From Meyerozyma guilliermondii (taxonomy: Eukaryota), in assembly GCA_051546255.1 (NCBI GenBank), contig CP128817.1, positions 186,001 to 250,000 on the forward strand: a stretch of 64,000 bases of DNA, in the 5' to 3' direction. How positions within the stretch are numbered: position 1 is the stretch's first letter; every line of letters starts with the position of its first letter. Positions 1 through 10,035 of this stretch are shown here, piece by piece. The position numbers and the translations under genes are program-made. The notes beneath the pieces are model-generated. The model saw nothing but the letters and a program-made list of their open reading frames with translations. It made no database searches and had not been told where the DNA came from.

Positions 1-1037
1 ACGATCCAAGAGAATGGAAAACCGCCGACTTGTATGCGGTTTTGGGATTATCAAAGTTGAGATACAGAGCCACCGAAGATCAAGTTAGAAGGGCCCACAG
101 AAAGCTGGTGCTTAAGCACCATCCCGATAAGAAGTCTGCCAGTGGCGGATTGGACCAGGACGGTTTCTTCAAGATTATTCAAAAGGCTTTCGAAGTGATG
201 ATGGATCCAGTTAAGAGACGTCAATATGACTCGGTAGACACCAACGCTGATGTGGTTCCTCCTCCTGCCAAATCCAAGTACGACTTCTTTGAGGCATGGG
301 GACCTGTCTTTGCTAGTGAAGCTAGATTTTCAAAGAAACAACCCGTTCCTTTGTTGGGCACGTTAGAGTCGAGCAAGGAAGAAGTGGATGCTTTCTACGC
401 ATTCTGGGGTAAGTTTGACTCGTGGAAAACCTTCGAGTTCAAGGACGAGGATGTTCCCGATGACACTGCCAACAGAGACCACAAGCGTTATATCGAGAGA
501 AAGAACGTTTCCAACAGAAAGAAGTTGAAGCAAGAAGACAACAAGAGAATCATTGATTTGGTGGAGAGAGCTTATAGTGAGGATCCAAGAATCAAGTTGT
601 TTAAGGATGCTGCCAAAAAGGAGAAGGAAAGAAAGAAATGGGAGCGTGAAGCTGGCTCCAGAAAGGCCGCCGAGGAGGCTGCTGCCAAGAAGGCCGCTGA
701 AGAAGAAGCCGCCAAAAAAGCTGCTGAAGAAGCTGCTTCCAGCAAGGTCAATGCTAAGAAAGCTAAGGAGGCTGCTAAGGCTGCCAAGAAGAAGAACAAG
801 AGAGCCATCAGAGGTTCAGCCAAGGAAGCCGACTACTTTGGAGATGCAGGTAAAAGCGCTGATATCGAGGCCGATATTGACACCATCATAGAGAAGTTGG
901 ACGACGTTCAATTGGGTTCAGTAGCAGGCAAAGTTAACGGTGCCAATGCTGATTCCGTTAAACAAGTGATTTCAGAAACTGCTTCTGAATTGATTGGAGC
1001 CGGCAAGCTTGAAAAATCGTACTTGAAGTACTTCTAA
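1..1037 (+). CDS. ZUO1: Zuotin, ribosome-associated J-domain co-chaperone (5' end outside the window)
   Basis: Frame is open from the window edge (DPREWKTADLYAVLGL...). J-domain HPD (HHPDKK), zuotin homology region (NRDHKRYIERKN) and a charged K/A/E-rich linker. Confidence 0.96.
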   Translation, partial: DPREWKTADLYAVLGLSKLRYRATEDQVRRAHRKLVLKHHPDKKSASGGLDQDGFFKIIQKAFEVMMDPVKRRQYDSVDTNADVVPPPAKSKYDFFEAWGPVFASEARFSKKQPVPLLGTLESSKEEVDAFYAFWGKFDSWKTFEFKDEDVPDDTANRDHKRYIERKNVSNRKKLKQEDNKRIIDLVERAYSEDPRIKLFKDAAKKEKERKKWEREAGSRKAAEEAAAKKAAEEEAAKKAAEEAASSKVNAKKAKEAAKAAKKKNKRAIRGSAKEADYFGDAGKSADIEADIDTIIEKLDDVQLGSVAGKVNGANADSVKQVISETASELIGAGKLEKSYLKYF

Positions 1038-1091
1038 GCTAGATGAGTCTTGATAAATTTCTCAATTAGTACAATAATCTCGTAATCATAA

Positions 1092-1697
1092 CTACTCTTC
1101 GTCCAACTGCACACCCTGTTTCAATGGAAGTGCCTTCATGTGATAATGCTGCTTACGCTTCTCCTCAAAGCGTTTATGCCTTTCTTCCGCCGTCAATTGC
1201 TTCGATTCTTCCTCCTTATCGTCATCGGATTCTTCCTCGTCGTATTTTTGATCCGGATCAACATATATCAGCCCACCATTCAAAGAGTCTTGTGGAGCTG
1301 ATTGCTTGTCGAGCTCGGATTCCCCCAAATTGAAGGCGGGAATATCTATCTCGTCCTCTTGGTAGTATTCTCCATCAGGATTGAACCCGCCAGTATAAGG
1401 AGTCTTGGGTTCATCTATCTTCATCGTAGCACACTTTTCTTGCTCGGTTTTATACAAGTTAATTTCGTCCCATTTGAGGTGTTCATTGTTTCCATTGCCG
1501 TCTGCTCCATTTCCGGTACTCAGTTTTCTAGCTTTAGCGATTTTGGCTCGAATCTCATCTCCCTTTGACGACTCGCTTGCCAAATTGGCATTGAGCATAG
1601 TATTCCTAATAACTTCCTTCCTGTCTAGCTCGTCCGCCAGCTCTCTGCGTTCGCGTTTCTCGTCTTTGTTGCGCAATATGCCTCTTGGTTCTGACAT
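1092..1697 (-). CDS. GLC8: Protein phosphatase 1 inhibitor-2 family regulator
   Basis: IPP-2 motifs GILRN, LKWDE.NL, MKIDEPKTPY and FEEKRKQHY. Confidence 0.9.
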   Translation of the reverse strand: MSEPRGILRNKDEKRERRELADELDRKEVIRNTMLNANLASESSKGDEIRAKIAKARKLSTGNGADGNGNNEHLKWDEINLYKTEQEKCATMKIDEPKTPYTGGFNPDGEYYQEDEIDIPAFNLGESELDKQSAPQDSLNGGLIYVDPDQKYDEEESDDDKEEESKQLTAEERHKRFEEKRKQHYHMKALPLKQGVQLDEE

Positions 1698-2006
1698 ATT
1701 TTTCGGTAGCTACTTGACAATCAGCCAGTCATCGAATCTGGGGACACTTGGGTGCTGTATGCAGTATAAAAGTGGGCTCGTCTGCAGGCCGCCAAGAGGT
1801 CTCTGCAGGACGATTCTCATCTGCACCTGCTTGTGAGGCCGCGCCTATAATTAGTGTTGACAGTGACGGCAAACAGGACACTTACCACTCGTCAAAAAGT
1901 CTTAATTTCAACGCCAAACCATCATTGCTTCACTAGGGTGTGCTGAACTAGCCTAGAAGTCACCACTCATATTCATATACGTTTTCGTGGTTCATATTTG
2001 TCAGCC

Positions 2007-2564
2007 ATGGGCCAAACGTTCAGTTTTACAAATATCTTTTCCAAGCTATGGGGAGTTAATAAGGAGATCCGAATCTTGATCTTGGGTTTGGATGGTGCGG
2101 GAAAGACTACGATTTTATACCGGCTTCAAATGGGTGAGGTGGTGACTACCAAACCCACCATTGGGTTCAACGTTGAAACGTTGAAATACAAAAATCTCAC
2201 ATTAAATATATGGGATTTGGGCGGACAAACGTCCATCAGACCATACTGGCGGTGCTACTACTCGAATACTGCCGCGGTGATATTCGTGGTTGATTCTACT
2301 GATAAGGAACGTATCGATATTGCCTGTAAAGAATTGCATACCATGTTGAAGGAAGAGGAGTTGTTGGATAGTGCTTTGTTAGTGTTTGCCAACAAGCAGG
2401 ATCAAGCAGGTGCCATGTCGGCGGCAGAAGTCTCACAGGCATTAAATCTTACCGAATTAAAAGACAGAAGCTGGAGTTTACGTGCATCAAGTGCCATCAA
2501 AGGTGAAGGGTTGACTGAAGGTTTAGACTGGTTAATGGATGTGATAAAAGATGAACAGTTGTGA
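2007..2564 (+). CDS. ARL1: ARF-like GTPase Arl1
   Basis: ATG at 2007 gives Met-Gly (myristoylation). Motifs [26 protein letters not shown] and NKQD. Confidence 0.95.
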   Translation: MGQTFSFTNIFSKLWGVNKEIRILILGLDGAGKTTILYRLQMGEVVTTKPTIGFNVETLKYKNLTLNIWDLGGQTSIRPYWRCYYSNTAAVIFVVDSTDKERIDIACKELHTMLKEEELLDSALLVFANKQDQAGAMSAAEVSQALNLTELKDRSWSLRASSAIKGEGLTEGLDWLMDVIKDEQL

Positions 2565-2656
2565 TAGGTCTATATATTTAATGCGGATTGCCTACAGCTG
2601 CTGTATAGCCTTACTGGTAAATCTTCTTGTTCTACAAGGTTTAGTGCACACAATTT

Positions 2657-3973
2657 CTACTTCACCTCGTGCTCCTGGACTCTTTGAAGGATGGTTTTGA
2701 TCATTTCGTTTCCTATGGTGTTGGCTTCCGAAAACATGGGTTGGAAGAATTTTTGCGTTTCTTCAAATTGTCTTCGGTACAAATCAAAGTTTCCAAACGA
2801 TATTATGCTCGACCATTTTCTAGCTGCAACCGTGAATTCCAAGTCGTCGTGTCTGAAAATGGAGTCTTTTACCGCAACATCGATACACTCGTCGAGGAGT
2901 CCAGGGGTACAGAACAAGTATTCAGTAACACCCAAGAATATTCTGAACAATGGAGTCGAGCAGATAATATGGTCATAGGGTACAATCCCGAGCTTGAACC
3001 AACTATCCACCATGGCCAACAAGGACAAATGGGAATTGGGCTGCCGGCCGCCAGGAGGTACCTTACTCAATGAGAACTTTTGGAGCAAATCATCACTTAA
3101 GAGAAGTTCATGGTCTATTATATGCTTGAACACATAATCTTTGGCGGCGTGCAACCGAGCGCTCAATTCAGCTTTCTTTCCCAGGATCATCAAGGTGAAA
3201 AGTTCTGTCGTGGATTGAGCATATTGCAATACTTGACCGTGGGCAGAAGGATTGGTTATAGCCAAGCCGGCATAAACGTGCCACTTATTGGAATAGATTC
3301 TCAACGAAATGTTAATCTTGGCATTTTCAAGACCTCCCGTCCACCGGGGGGTTTCCCAAGGATACTGGTCGATTTCTTTCCAAGCCGATCCCATCGACAA
3401 GAACGCAGCATGGGTAACGGCCTGAGTATCAGCGGTAATTTTGTCATGTTCCTTCGCCGACAAATACACCATTTTGGAGTCAAGGCAGCTCATAAGCGAG
3501 TCCACAAAGGAAATGTTGTCGTTGTTGGAAACTCGGTGTTCAATGATCACCAATGGCTGGCCCGTGGTATTCACTTTGGGTCCATGAAGTGAGTGCACAG
3601 ATATGATATCGATATCTTTGGGAAGATGCTTCTCGAATGCCTGGATTTCAACCTCCTTGCACGATGTTTGACCTCCAACAGCAGCACCGTACTTTGTAGA
3701 AGGTCCATATTTTGCAACTATCAGTTCGATATTTTCTGCTTCCACGCTGTAGATAATATAGTCGGCCAACCGAGACACATAATGACCATTGGGAAGAACT
3801 TCGAACTCATAGTCTTTGTATTTTGCTTTTGTTTCCTCATACCTGTCTTCTCTGTCGCAACCAATGACTTTCCATCCTGCTTGGCTGAAGCGACGGGCGT
3901 AGAGAAACCCCATATCTCCCAAACCTATGATACCAATGGTCTTGGATTTCTTGCATATGGGTTCGTTACTCAT
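2657..3973 (-). CDS. TYR1: Prephenate dehydrogenase (NADP+)
   Basis: Rossmann GIIGLGDMG, plus GGQTSCK, HSLHGP and HDKITADTQAVTH. Confidence 0.95.
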   Translation of the reverse strand: MSNEPICKKSKTIGIIGLGDMGFLYARRFSQAGWKVIGCDREDRYEETKAKYKDYEFEVLPNGHYVSRLADYIIYSVEAENIELIVAKYGPSTKYGAAVGGQTSCKEVEIQAFEKHLPKDIDIISVHSLHGPKVNTTGQPLVIIEHRVSNNDNISFVDSLMSCLDSKMVYLSAKEHDKITADTQAVTHAAFLSMGSAWKEIDQYPWETPRWTGGLENAKINISLRIYSNKWHVYAGLAITNPSAHGQVLQYAQSTTELFTLMILGKKAELSARLHAAKDYVFKHIIDHELLLSDDLLQKFSLSKVPPGGRQPNSHLSLLAMVDSWFKLGIVPYDHIICSTPLFRIFLGVTEYLFCTPGLLDECIDVAVKDSIFRHDDLEFTVAARKWSSIISFGNFDLYRRQFEETQKFFQPMFSEANTIGNEMIKTILQRVQEHEVK

Positions 3974-4110
3974 AGTTATTACAAATTGATATACAAGAAG
4001 GCAAGCTGGACTATCTTAATTCCCCAATGTATAACGGCTTTGTACAAGAAGAGCTCGTACAATTGTCGCGAAATCCGCAAAGTGTCTGCGAAAGTTATTC
4101 ACAGCCGTTC

Positions 4111-5460
4111 ATGGTGAAAACATTAAAGGGGTACAGCGCGCCTGGAAAAGCATTTATTGCGGGCGGGTACCTTGTGCTAGAAGAACGGTTCAGTGCCTAT
4201 GTCACGGCATTGTCGTCTCGAATGCATGCTGTGGTTGAAGCCAAGTATACCGAGAACCAGCCAAAAACAATCACCGTCAAATCGCCTCAGTTTGCTTCCC
4301 TGGAGTGGAATTACACCATTGACGAGAACTTTGAGTGCCACGAGAAAGAGGGACTCAAAAATCCTTTCATAGAGGCAACTATCTTCACAGCGGTAGCATA
4401 TGGAAGTCTGAGTCTGTCCTACGATATTGTCATAACGCTCTATTCGGACCCAGGATATCACACTCAAGATGACACTACAAAGAAGACGACTAGCGACGGA
4501 TCTCGAAAATTTCTTTATCACGAAAAACCTATTAATGAAGTCGAGAAAACAGGCTTGGGTTCGTCGGCAGGGTTGGTGACAGTCGTGACAGCTGCACTTC
4601 TCTGTTTTTTCAAGAAAGCCAACGTTGATGAAATACAAGATCAGATTCACAATTGTGCTCAGATCGCTCATTGCCTTGCACAGAAAAAAGTTGGATCTGG
4701 TTTCGATGTGGCTACTGCAGTCTACGGATCAATTATCTACAACAGATTTTCACCAAGAGTTGTGAATAAAATTTACCAAGACAGGTTTTTTGAAGACAAA
4801 ACACCTACGACTAAAAAGGCATTTGTGGACCACTTGACATCTGTTGTGGATTCCAAGTGGGAGTTTCGTCATGCGGCATGGGGACTTCCTCCAGGCATTC
4901 GCTTGGTGATGGGAGATATCAAAGGTGGGTCCGAAACTCCTAAGCTTGTTTCCAAGGTACTCAAATGGCGAGCTGAGAACCCCAAGGAGAGTGACGAGCT
5001 ATACAGCAAGTTAGAGGAGGCCAATAGTCAGTTTATTCTCTCGGTAGTTCTGCTCCGACTTCTTCACAGCCAAGACAAAGAGACCTACCAATACTGGTTG
5101 GAGAAACTCACCCACGAAGCACCAGTCGCTAAAAATAACCCCTTTTATGGCATTACCGAAAGATTCACGACCATCAGAAAGTATCTTCGTGAACTCACCA
5201 AAGTCACTGGAGCCGAAATTGAACCTCCAGAACAGACAAAGCTCTTGGACGCCTGTACGACAATTGAAGGCTGTTTAGGTGGTGTGGTTCCTGGAGCTGG
5301 GGGCTACGACGCCATTTGTCTTCTTATTGCCGAGAAAGCAATTCCATCATTTGTTGAAAAAACAAAGTCCGATTCTAGGTTCGCAGCGGTATCCTGGTTG
5401 AGACTACACGAAGAGACCGAGGGACTCAGAAGTGAAGACCCCAATAGCTATGAGATATAG
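4111..5460 (+). CDS. ERG8: Phosphomevalonate kinase
   Basis: SAPGKAFIAGGYLVL, GHMP loop KTGLGSSAGL, GSGFDVA and PGAGGYDAI. ATG 4111 preferred over the track's non-ATG start at 4027. Confidence 0.95.
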   Translation: MVKTLKGYSAPGKAFIAGGYLVLEERFSAYVTALSSRMHAVVEAKYTENQPKTITVKSPQFASLEWNYTIDENFECHEKEGLKNPFIEATIFTAVAYGSLSLSYDIVITLYSDPGYHTQDDTTKKTTSDGSRKFLYHEKPINEVEKTGLGSSAGLVTVVTAALLCFFKKANVDEIQDQIHNCAQIAHCLAQKKVGSGFDVATAVYGSIIYNRFSPRVVNKIYQDRFFEDKTPTTKKAFVDHLTSVVDSKWEFRHAAWGLPPGIRLVMGDIKGGSETPKLVSKVLKWRAENPKESDELYSKLEEANSQFILSVVLLRLLHSQDKETYQYWLEKLTHEAPVAKNNPFYGITERFTTIRKYLRELTKVTGAEIEPPEQTKLLDACTTIEGCLGGVVPGAGGYDAICLLIAEKAIPSFVEKTKSDSRFAAVSWLRLHEETEGLRSEDPNSYEI

Positions 5461-5649
5461 ACCGTTTGGATCACACGAAAATATCAAAAAACAACACAGA
5501 ATTACTAAAAGTCGTCATTAAGGTTTAATCATGACCTCGCAATAATGGCTGTGCCTGATCATGGCGTGCGATGAGCGAGATCGATTTTGTGGGGTCGAGC
5601 ATAAATATAAATTGAACGTTAACCAAGTGAAAAATATTTATTAATCCAT

Positions 5650-6816
5650 ATGGAACCACATAAAAGCATCAGCATAGCACCTTCACTCCCAGAAACACAC
5701 CACGACGATGCCAGCTCGAATTTCTTTCAATATGCCAATATTTCACCAGAGAGGAATAAAGAGTATGAGCTTCAAGATACTACTGAAAGTTACATTGCCG
5801 AGTCTGAAACCACTCAAAACCCATATATAAGGGGCGCCAGGATATTTATGGCCATATCAATTGTATCGGCCTTGGTTTTGTTAGCATTTGAAATTTATAT
5901 CTATGCCGTTATCAATCGCCACAAGGAAAAGCTTGGTTCAAACGCTCGATATACTGAGCTCTCGATATACTTGGCGCTATTCATATTCGCATCAGTGTTC
6001 CAGATATTGCTCTCTTATATTGGAGTAAGGTCCAAAAACTTGCTTCTACTCACCATGCTCTGTGTGTTTTACTGCGGTATGTTGATCTACACTGGCATTC
6101 AATACCAAGAAATTTCCGAGTTCGTTAACGTGGTGCTCCACGGTGCATGGAAACGAGCTACCAAAGGTGTGAATATCACCGCCATTGCTGTCATTGGAAT
6201 TACCTTGGTGGCTCAAACGTATATGATTTTTGGTGTGCTTCGCAAACATGTCCAGTGGATTCGATACAAGAAAATTGGAGCAGACCCAAAAATCAGACAA
6301 TTGTATTTGGTGTACCAGATCCACCGATCGCTTCTTATGCTCAACTTTTTCTTTTTTTTAGGGTTCACTGTGCAATTCATTGTCATAATGGTGCGAGACA
6401 AGTCTTCGGTCGAGTTCATCTTGACGGTAATTGTGTTGCCGATTACAATCCTTTTGCTTATATTTTGTGACTTTGCAATCACAAGAGAATTGGTGTGGGC
6501 TGCACTTGTTGCAATTGTCATTTTAGCTTGTGGATGTGCCTATGTGCTTTTCAAAACTATTCGATTATTTACCAAGTACACCTCGGCATACCATTTCGGT
6601 TTCAAGCCCGGTTCCTACTTTCCCGGAAGAAAGTCTCTTGTCACTTTTGGAGTCTTAACTTTGGTTCTACTTTTTGCAACCATAGGTCTTGAGTTGTACT
6701 TGATTTGCAACTTTCACAGCGGATTGAAAGATATTCTTGGTGATTCGTACCTGAAAGTTTCTTGGGGTAAATCAACGAGAGATGTCGAGTCTGAGGAGTC
6801 TCTAGAAATAGATTAG
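5650..6816 (+). CDS. Uncharacterised multi-pass membrane protein (UPF0658-like)
   Basis: About 8 hydrophobic segments. IYLALFIFA and W.RYKKIGAD...YQIH..LL...FFFFLGFTVQF resemble fungal UPF0658 Golgi proteins (from recall). Confidence 0.65.
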   Translation: MEPHKSISIAPSLPETHHDDASSNFFQYANISPERNKEYELQDTTESYIAESETTQNPYIRGARIFMAISIVSALVLLAFEIYIYAVINRHKEKLGSNARYTELSIYLALFIFASVFQILLSYIGVRSKNLLLLTMLCVFYCGMLIYTGIQYQEISEFVNVVLHGAWKRATKGVNITAIAVIGITLVAQTYMIFGVLRKHVQWIRYKKIGADPKIRQLYLVYQIHRSLLMLNFFFFLGFTVQFIVIMVRDKSSVEFILTVIVLPITILLLIFCDFAITRELVWAALVAIVILACGCAYVLFKTIRLFTKYTSAYHFGFKPGSYFPGRKSLVTFGVLTLVLLFATIGLELYLICNFHSGLKDILGDSYLKVSWGKSTRDVESEESLEID

Positions 6817-6944
6817 TATTTTGCATACAGCTTCACAATGCCGCTATCGTTTTCGTAATTCGCGCCGTATCAGAAACGGCTCTCATGTAATCTATAAAGG
6901 AGCAAATCCAAAGGAGCAAATCTTAGGGAGCACAATTTAAAATT

Positions 6945-8747
6945 ATGACTTCCAAAGAATCAGAAGTTCTTCCTGGATACTACAGAGAGCGTAAGCTGGG
7001 CCATTGGGCTCGTAGAGCACTTTTAGTACTCTTGACAATTCTGGGGCTTATCTTCTTCACAACCAGTCGCAACTTTATCAAGGACTTACCATCAACATCC
7101 GCGGTAAAAACTGCAATTGAGGAAGCAGCTAGAACATGGAGTCGTCCTCATGAGCCTGACTCGCTTTGTCCGCTCGTAAAGAAGGTGGATCCCCGCTCTT
7201 TGTTGTATAATAATGACACCATCAATACCATTTTACACGATGAAACTTTCAGAAACGAATCCTTGAAGAAGCTCTGGAATGCCGTCAGAATTCCTACCCA
7301 GGTCTACGATGATCAGAAGAACCCCAATTCCACCGAAACACTTGAAGAATTGTATAAGATTGAACCTAGGTGGAAACCTTATGAACAGTTCCATAAGTAC
7401 TTGGAAAAGACTTACCCTCTTGTCCACAAACACTTGAAAGTAGAGCATGTGAACAAATTTGCTCTCGTATACACATGGCAGGGTTCTACTGACAAAAAAC
7501 CTATATTGTTGACGGCTCATATGGATGTAGTGCCAATTCAGGAAGAGACCCTAGACCAGTGGAAGTACCCTCCATTTGAAGGAGGTTATGACGGCAAGTT
7601 CTTATACGGTCGAGGAGTGCTGGACTGCAAGGATTTACTCATTGCTCTACTTGGTACAGTCGAATTGTTACTCAAAGAGGGTAAGTTCAAGCCTGAAAGA
7701 ACTATAATTCTCGGTTTTGGTTATGATGAGGAGTCCGCTGGTACTGGAGGTGCAGTCATATCAAGACACCTCTTTTCAAGGTATGGTCCTGATTCATTGT
7801 ACGCACTTATAGATGAGGGAGATTCTGGGTATATGGAGGTGGATGAGAAGACCAGAATAGTTATTCCTGCTACCGGAGAAAAAGGCCATTTAAATTCACT
7901 TATTGATTTATTCACACCTGGTGGCCACTCTTCATTTCCCCCGCCGCATACTCTGATTGGTCTTTTGTCGAAACTTGTCAGCAAAATTGAGGATTCCGAG
8001 TTCGAGAGCATTCTTACTCCCTCCAATCCAACCTTAAAAGAGTTACAATGCCTTGCAGAGTACTCGTCTGTCCTTGACAAGGACTTGAAGAGCAGTATTT
8101 TAAAGGCTCACATGGATGCCAGTGCCAACAAAAACGTCTTGGACTACCTTGACAAAGACAAAATTCTCAGGTATTTGGTAAGGACATCTCAAGCTGTGGA
8201 CATTATTGGTGGTGGAGTAAAGTCAAATGCGTTACCCGAGCATGCTTCAGTGTTGGTAAACCACAGAATTGCCGTGGAGGAGTCGGTGGAGTCTACTAGA
8301 CAAAAGATAGTGAACCAAATTTTGGAGCTTGCAAAGGAATACGACTTGGGGGTTCTCGTGGACGGTAAAGAAGTCAAGGAAAAGACAAAGAATGGTCACT
8401 TCGTATATACAACAAACGAGCCATTGGAACCTGCGCCAGTGACACCTATCAATGATGAGGTGTGGCAGACGTTTGGCGGTTCCTTAAGGTATTTGTACGA
8501 AGAGCTCTTATTCCCTGAAGAAGACAAAACTTATGTCGTTTCACCTTTCCTTTCCATTGGAAACACAGACACAAAGTCGTATTGGGACTTGACAAGAAAC
8601 ATATATAGATACGTTCCAGGACTCACTGATTTCGATGCTAACGTGCACTCAGTCAATGAAAGACTTGAGTTTGACGCCCATTTGCTGGTGATTGCCTTCT
8701 ACTATTATTACCTTCAAGTTGTGGATGGTGTCAGTGACCCTAGTTAG
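6945..8747 (+). CDS. CPS1: Vacuolar Gly-Xaa carboxypeptidase (M20 family)
   Basis: N-terminal TM anchor. Motifs AHMDVVP, GRGV(S)DCK, GYDEE, IDEG, PGGHSS, GNTDT and HSVNE. Confidence 0.9.
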   Translation: MTSKESEVLPGYYRERKLGHWARRALLVLLTILGLIFFTTSRNFIKDLPSTSAVKTAIEEAARTWSRPHEPDSLCPLVKKVDPRSLLYNNDTINTILHDETFRNESLKKLWNAVRIPTQVYDDQKNPNSTETLEELYKIEPRWKPYEQFHKYLEKTYPLVHKHLKVEHVNKFALVYTWQGSTDKKPILLTAHMDVVPIQEETLDQWKYPPFEGGYDGKFLYGRGVLDCKDLLIALLGTVELLLKEGKFKPERTIILGFGYDEESAGTGGAVISRHLFSRYGPDSLYALIDEGDSGYMEVDEKTRIVIPATGEKGHLNSLIDLFTPGGHSSFPPPHTLIGLLSKLVSKIEDSEFESILTPSNPTLKELQCLAEYSSVLDKDLKSSILKAHMDASANKNVLDYLDKDKILRYLVRTSQAVDIIGGGVKSNALPEHASVLVNHRIAVEESVESTRQKIVNQILELAKEYDLGVLVDGKEVKEKTKNGHFVYTTNEPLEPAPVTPINDEVWQTFGGSLRYLYEELLFPEEDKTYVVSPFLSIGNTDTKSYWDLTRNIYRYVPGLTDFDANVHSVNERLEFDAHLLVIAFYYYYLQVVDGVSDPS

Positions 8748-8852
8748 AAATTTTATGATACTTTGCAGCCGTAATATTATTTACCTGTGATTCAATTTGC
8801 AGCCGTTTTGCAGCCGTTCTTGGGTGTGCGATTCACAGAAGTGTTGCGAAAC

Positions 8853-8868
8853 CTCATCTCAATTTTCA
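8853..8868. promoter_or_regulatory. PAC-like (CTCATCTC) and RRPE-like (AATTTTCA) elements upstream of HGH1
   Basis: Adjacent motifs 25-40 bp before the HGH1 ATG, as expected for a ribosome-biogenesis regulon gene. Confidence 0.55.
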
Positions 8869-8893
8869 ATTATTCCATCAACGGTTCCACACC

Positions 8894-9967
8894 ATGCCAA
8901 CAGAATTAGAGGAGCTCGTTTCTTTTTTGCACAGCCCACAGCCGGCTGTCGTACAGATAGCATTGGATAACTTGGTGGGCTACTCTCAAAGTGCTCATCA
9001 GCAAGTCTTTGCGTATGACAATTATACTGCGATTTCTGATTTAAAGAGACTTTCCAAAGACAAAGGAAAGACTACAGTAAGCCAGTCGGTGACCATCTTG
9101 GCTAATCTATGTGATGACGTCAAGATGCGGTCTCTCATAGTGGAAGATGTGGATTACTTGAAATTTTTGGTGACGTCGATTGCAAATGTGAAGAATACCA
9201 ATGCTGACTTGATGTGCATTTTGTTGGTAAATTTGGCTAAAAACGACAACATAACTGCAATCTTTAACATCAAGGTGGAAAACGACGATGAAACATTCAA
9301 GTCTTCGAAAGCGATGGACTGTCTTATGGATTGCTTCGTCAAGGGCTTCGATAGATCTCTCAATAAGTATGCAAACTACGACTATTTGGCATATTTCTTT
9401 GCAGACATTTCTCGGTTTACTGAGGGAAGGAACTACTTCGTCACCGAACAGGAGTACGATGGTGTTGTTCCCATTTCCAAATTGTTGGTCTTCACCGAAA
9501 AATACGACTCCAAAATTAGAAGAGAAGGTGTTGCTTCTACGATCAAGAATTCTTTGTTCGACACAAAACGTCATATCGACTTTTTAACCGATGAGTCCAT
9601 AAACTTATTGCCTTACATATTGCTTCCAATTGCGGGCCCTGAAGAAATTGACGAAGAGGACATGTTCAATTTGCCTGAAGAGCTCCAACTTCTTCCCTCG
9701 GATAAGCAGAGAGATCCCGAGGACTCTATAATATGTGTGCATTTGGAATCGCTACTTTTGCTCTGCACGGCCAGAGAAGGACGTGAATACTTGAGAGAAA
9801 AGGCCGTTTATACTTTGATCAGAGAGTTGCATAAAGCTAAGAGCTCCGAGCAAATAGCAGACTTGTGTGACCGATTGGTGCAAATGTTGCAAAGAGACGA
9901 GGCTCCAGTAGAAGAAGTTGACGACGAAGACGACGAAGAAGATGATGAGATTGTGGAGGTGTTGTAA
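8894..9967 (+). CDS. HGH1: eEF2 chaperone Hgh1
   Basis: [17 protein letters not shown] start, [15 protein letters not shown], acidic tail. Adjacent to TFG1 as in S. cerevisiae. Confidence 0.93.
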   Translation: MPTELEELVSFLHSPQPAVVQIALDNLVGYSQSAHQQVFAYDNYTAISDLKRLSKDKGKTTVSQSVTILANLCDDVKMRSLIVEDVDYLKFLVTSIANVKNTNADLMCILLVNLAKNDNITAIFNIKVENDDETFKSSKAMDCLMDCFVKGFDRSLNKYANYDYLAYFFADISRFTEGRNYFVTEQEYDGVVPISKLLVFTEKYDSKIRREGVASTIKNSLFDTKRHIDFLTDESINLLPYILLPIAGPEEIDEEDMFNLPEELQLLPSDKQRDPEDSIICVHLESLLLLCTAREGREYLREKAVYTLIRELHKAKSSEQIADLCDRLVQMLQRDEAPVEEVDDEDDEEDDEIVEVL

Positions 9968-10035
9968 TATATTTATAGAAGAGGAAAAAAATAAATGTGG
10001 ATTTTATCTTTGGTATATGCGATTATTTTATTACT

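Noticed and set aside
2472..2490. ARL1 reads WSLRASS where orthologs, as I recall, have WSIVASS
   Set aside because: AGT TTA CGT GCA could come from a local compensating base-call error. It cannot be judged without reads.
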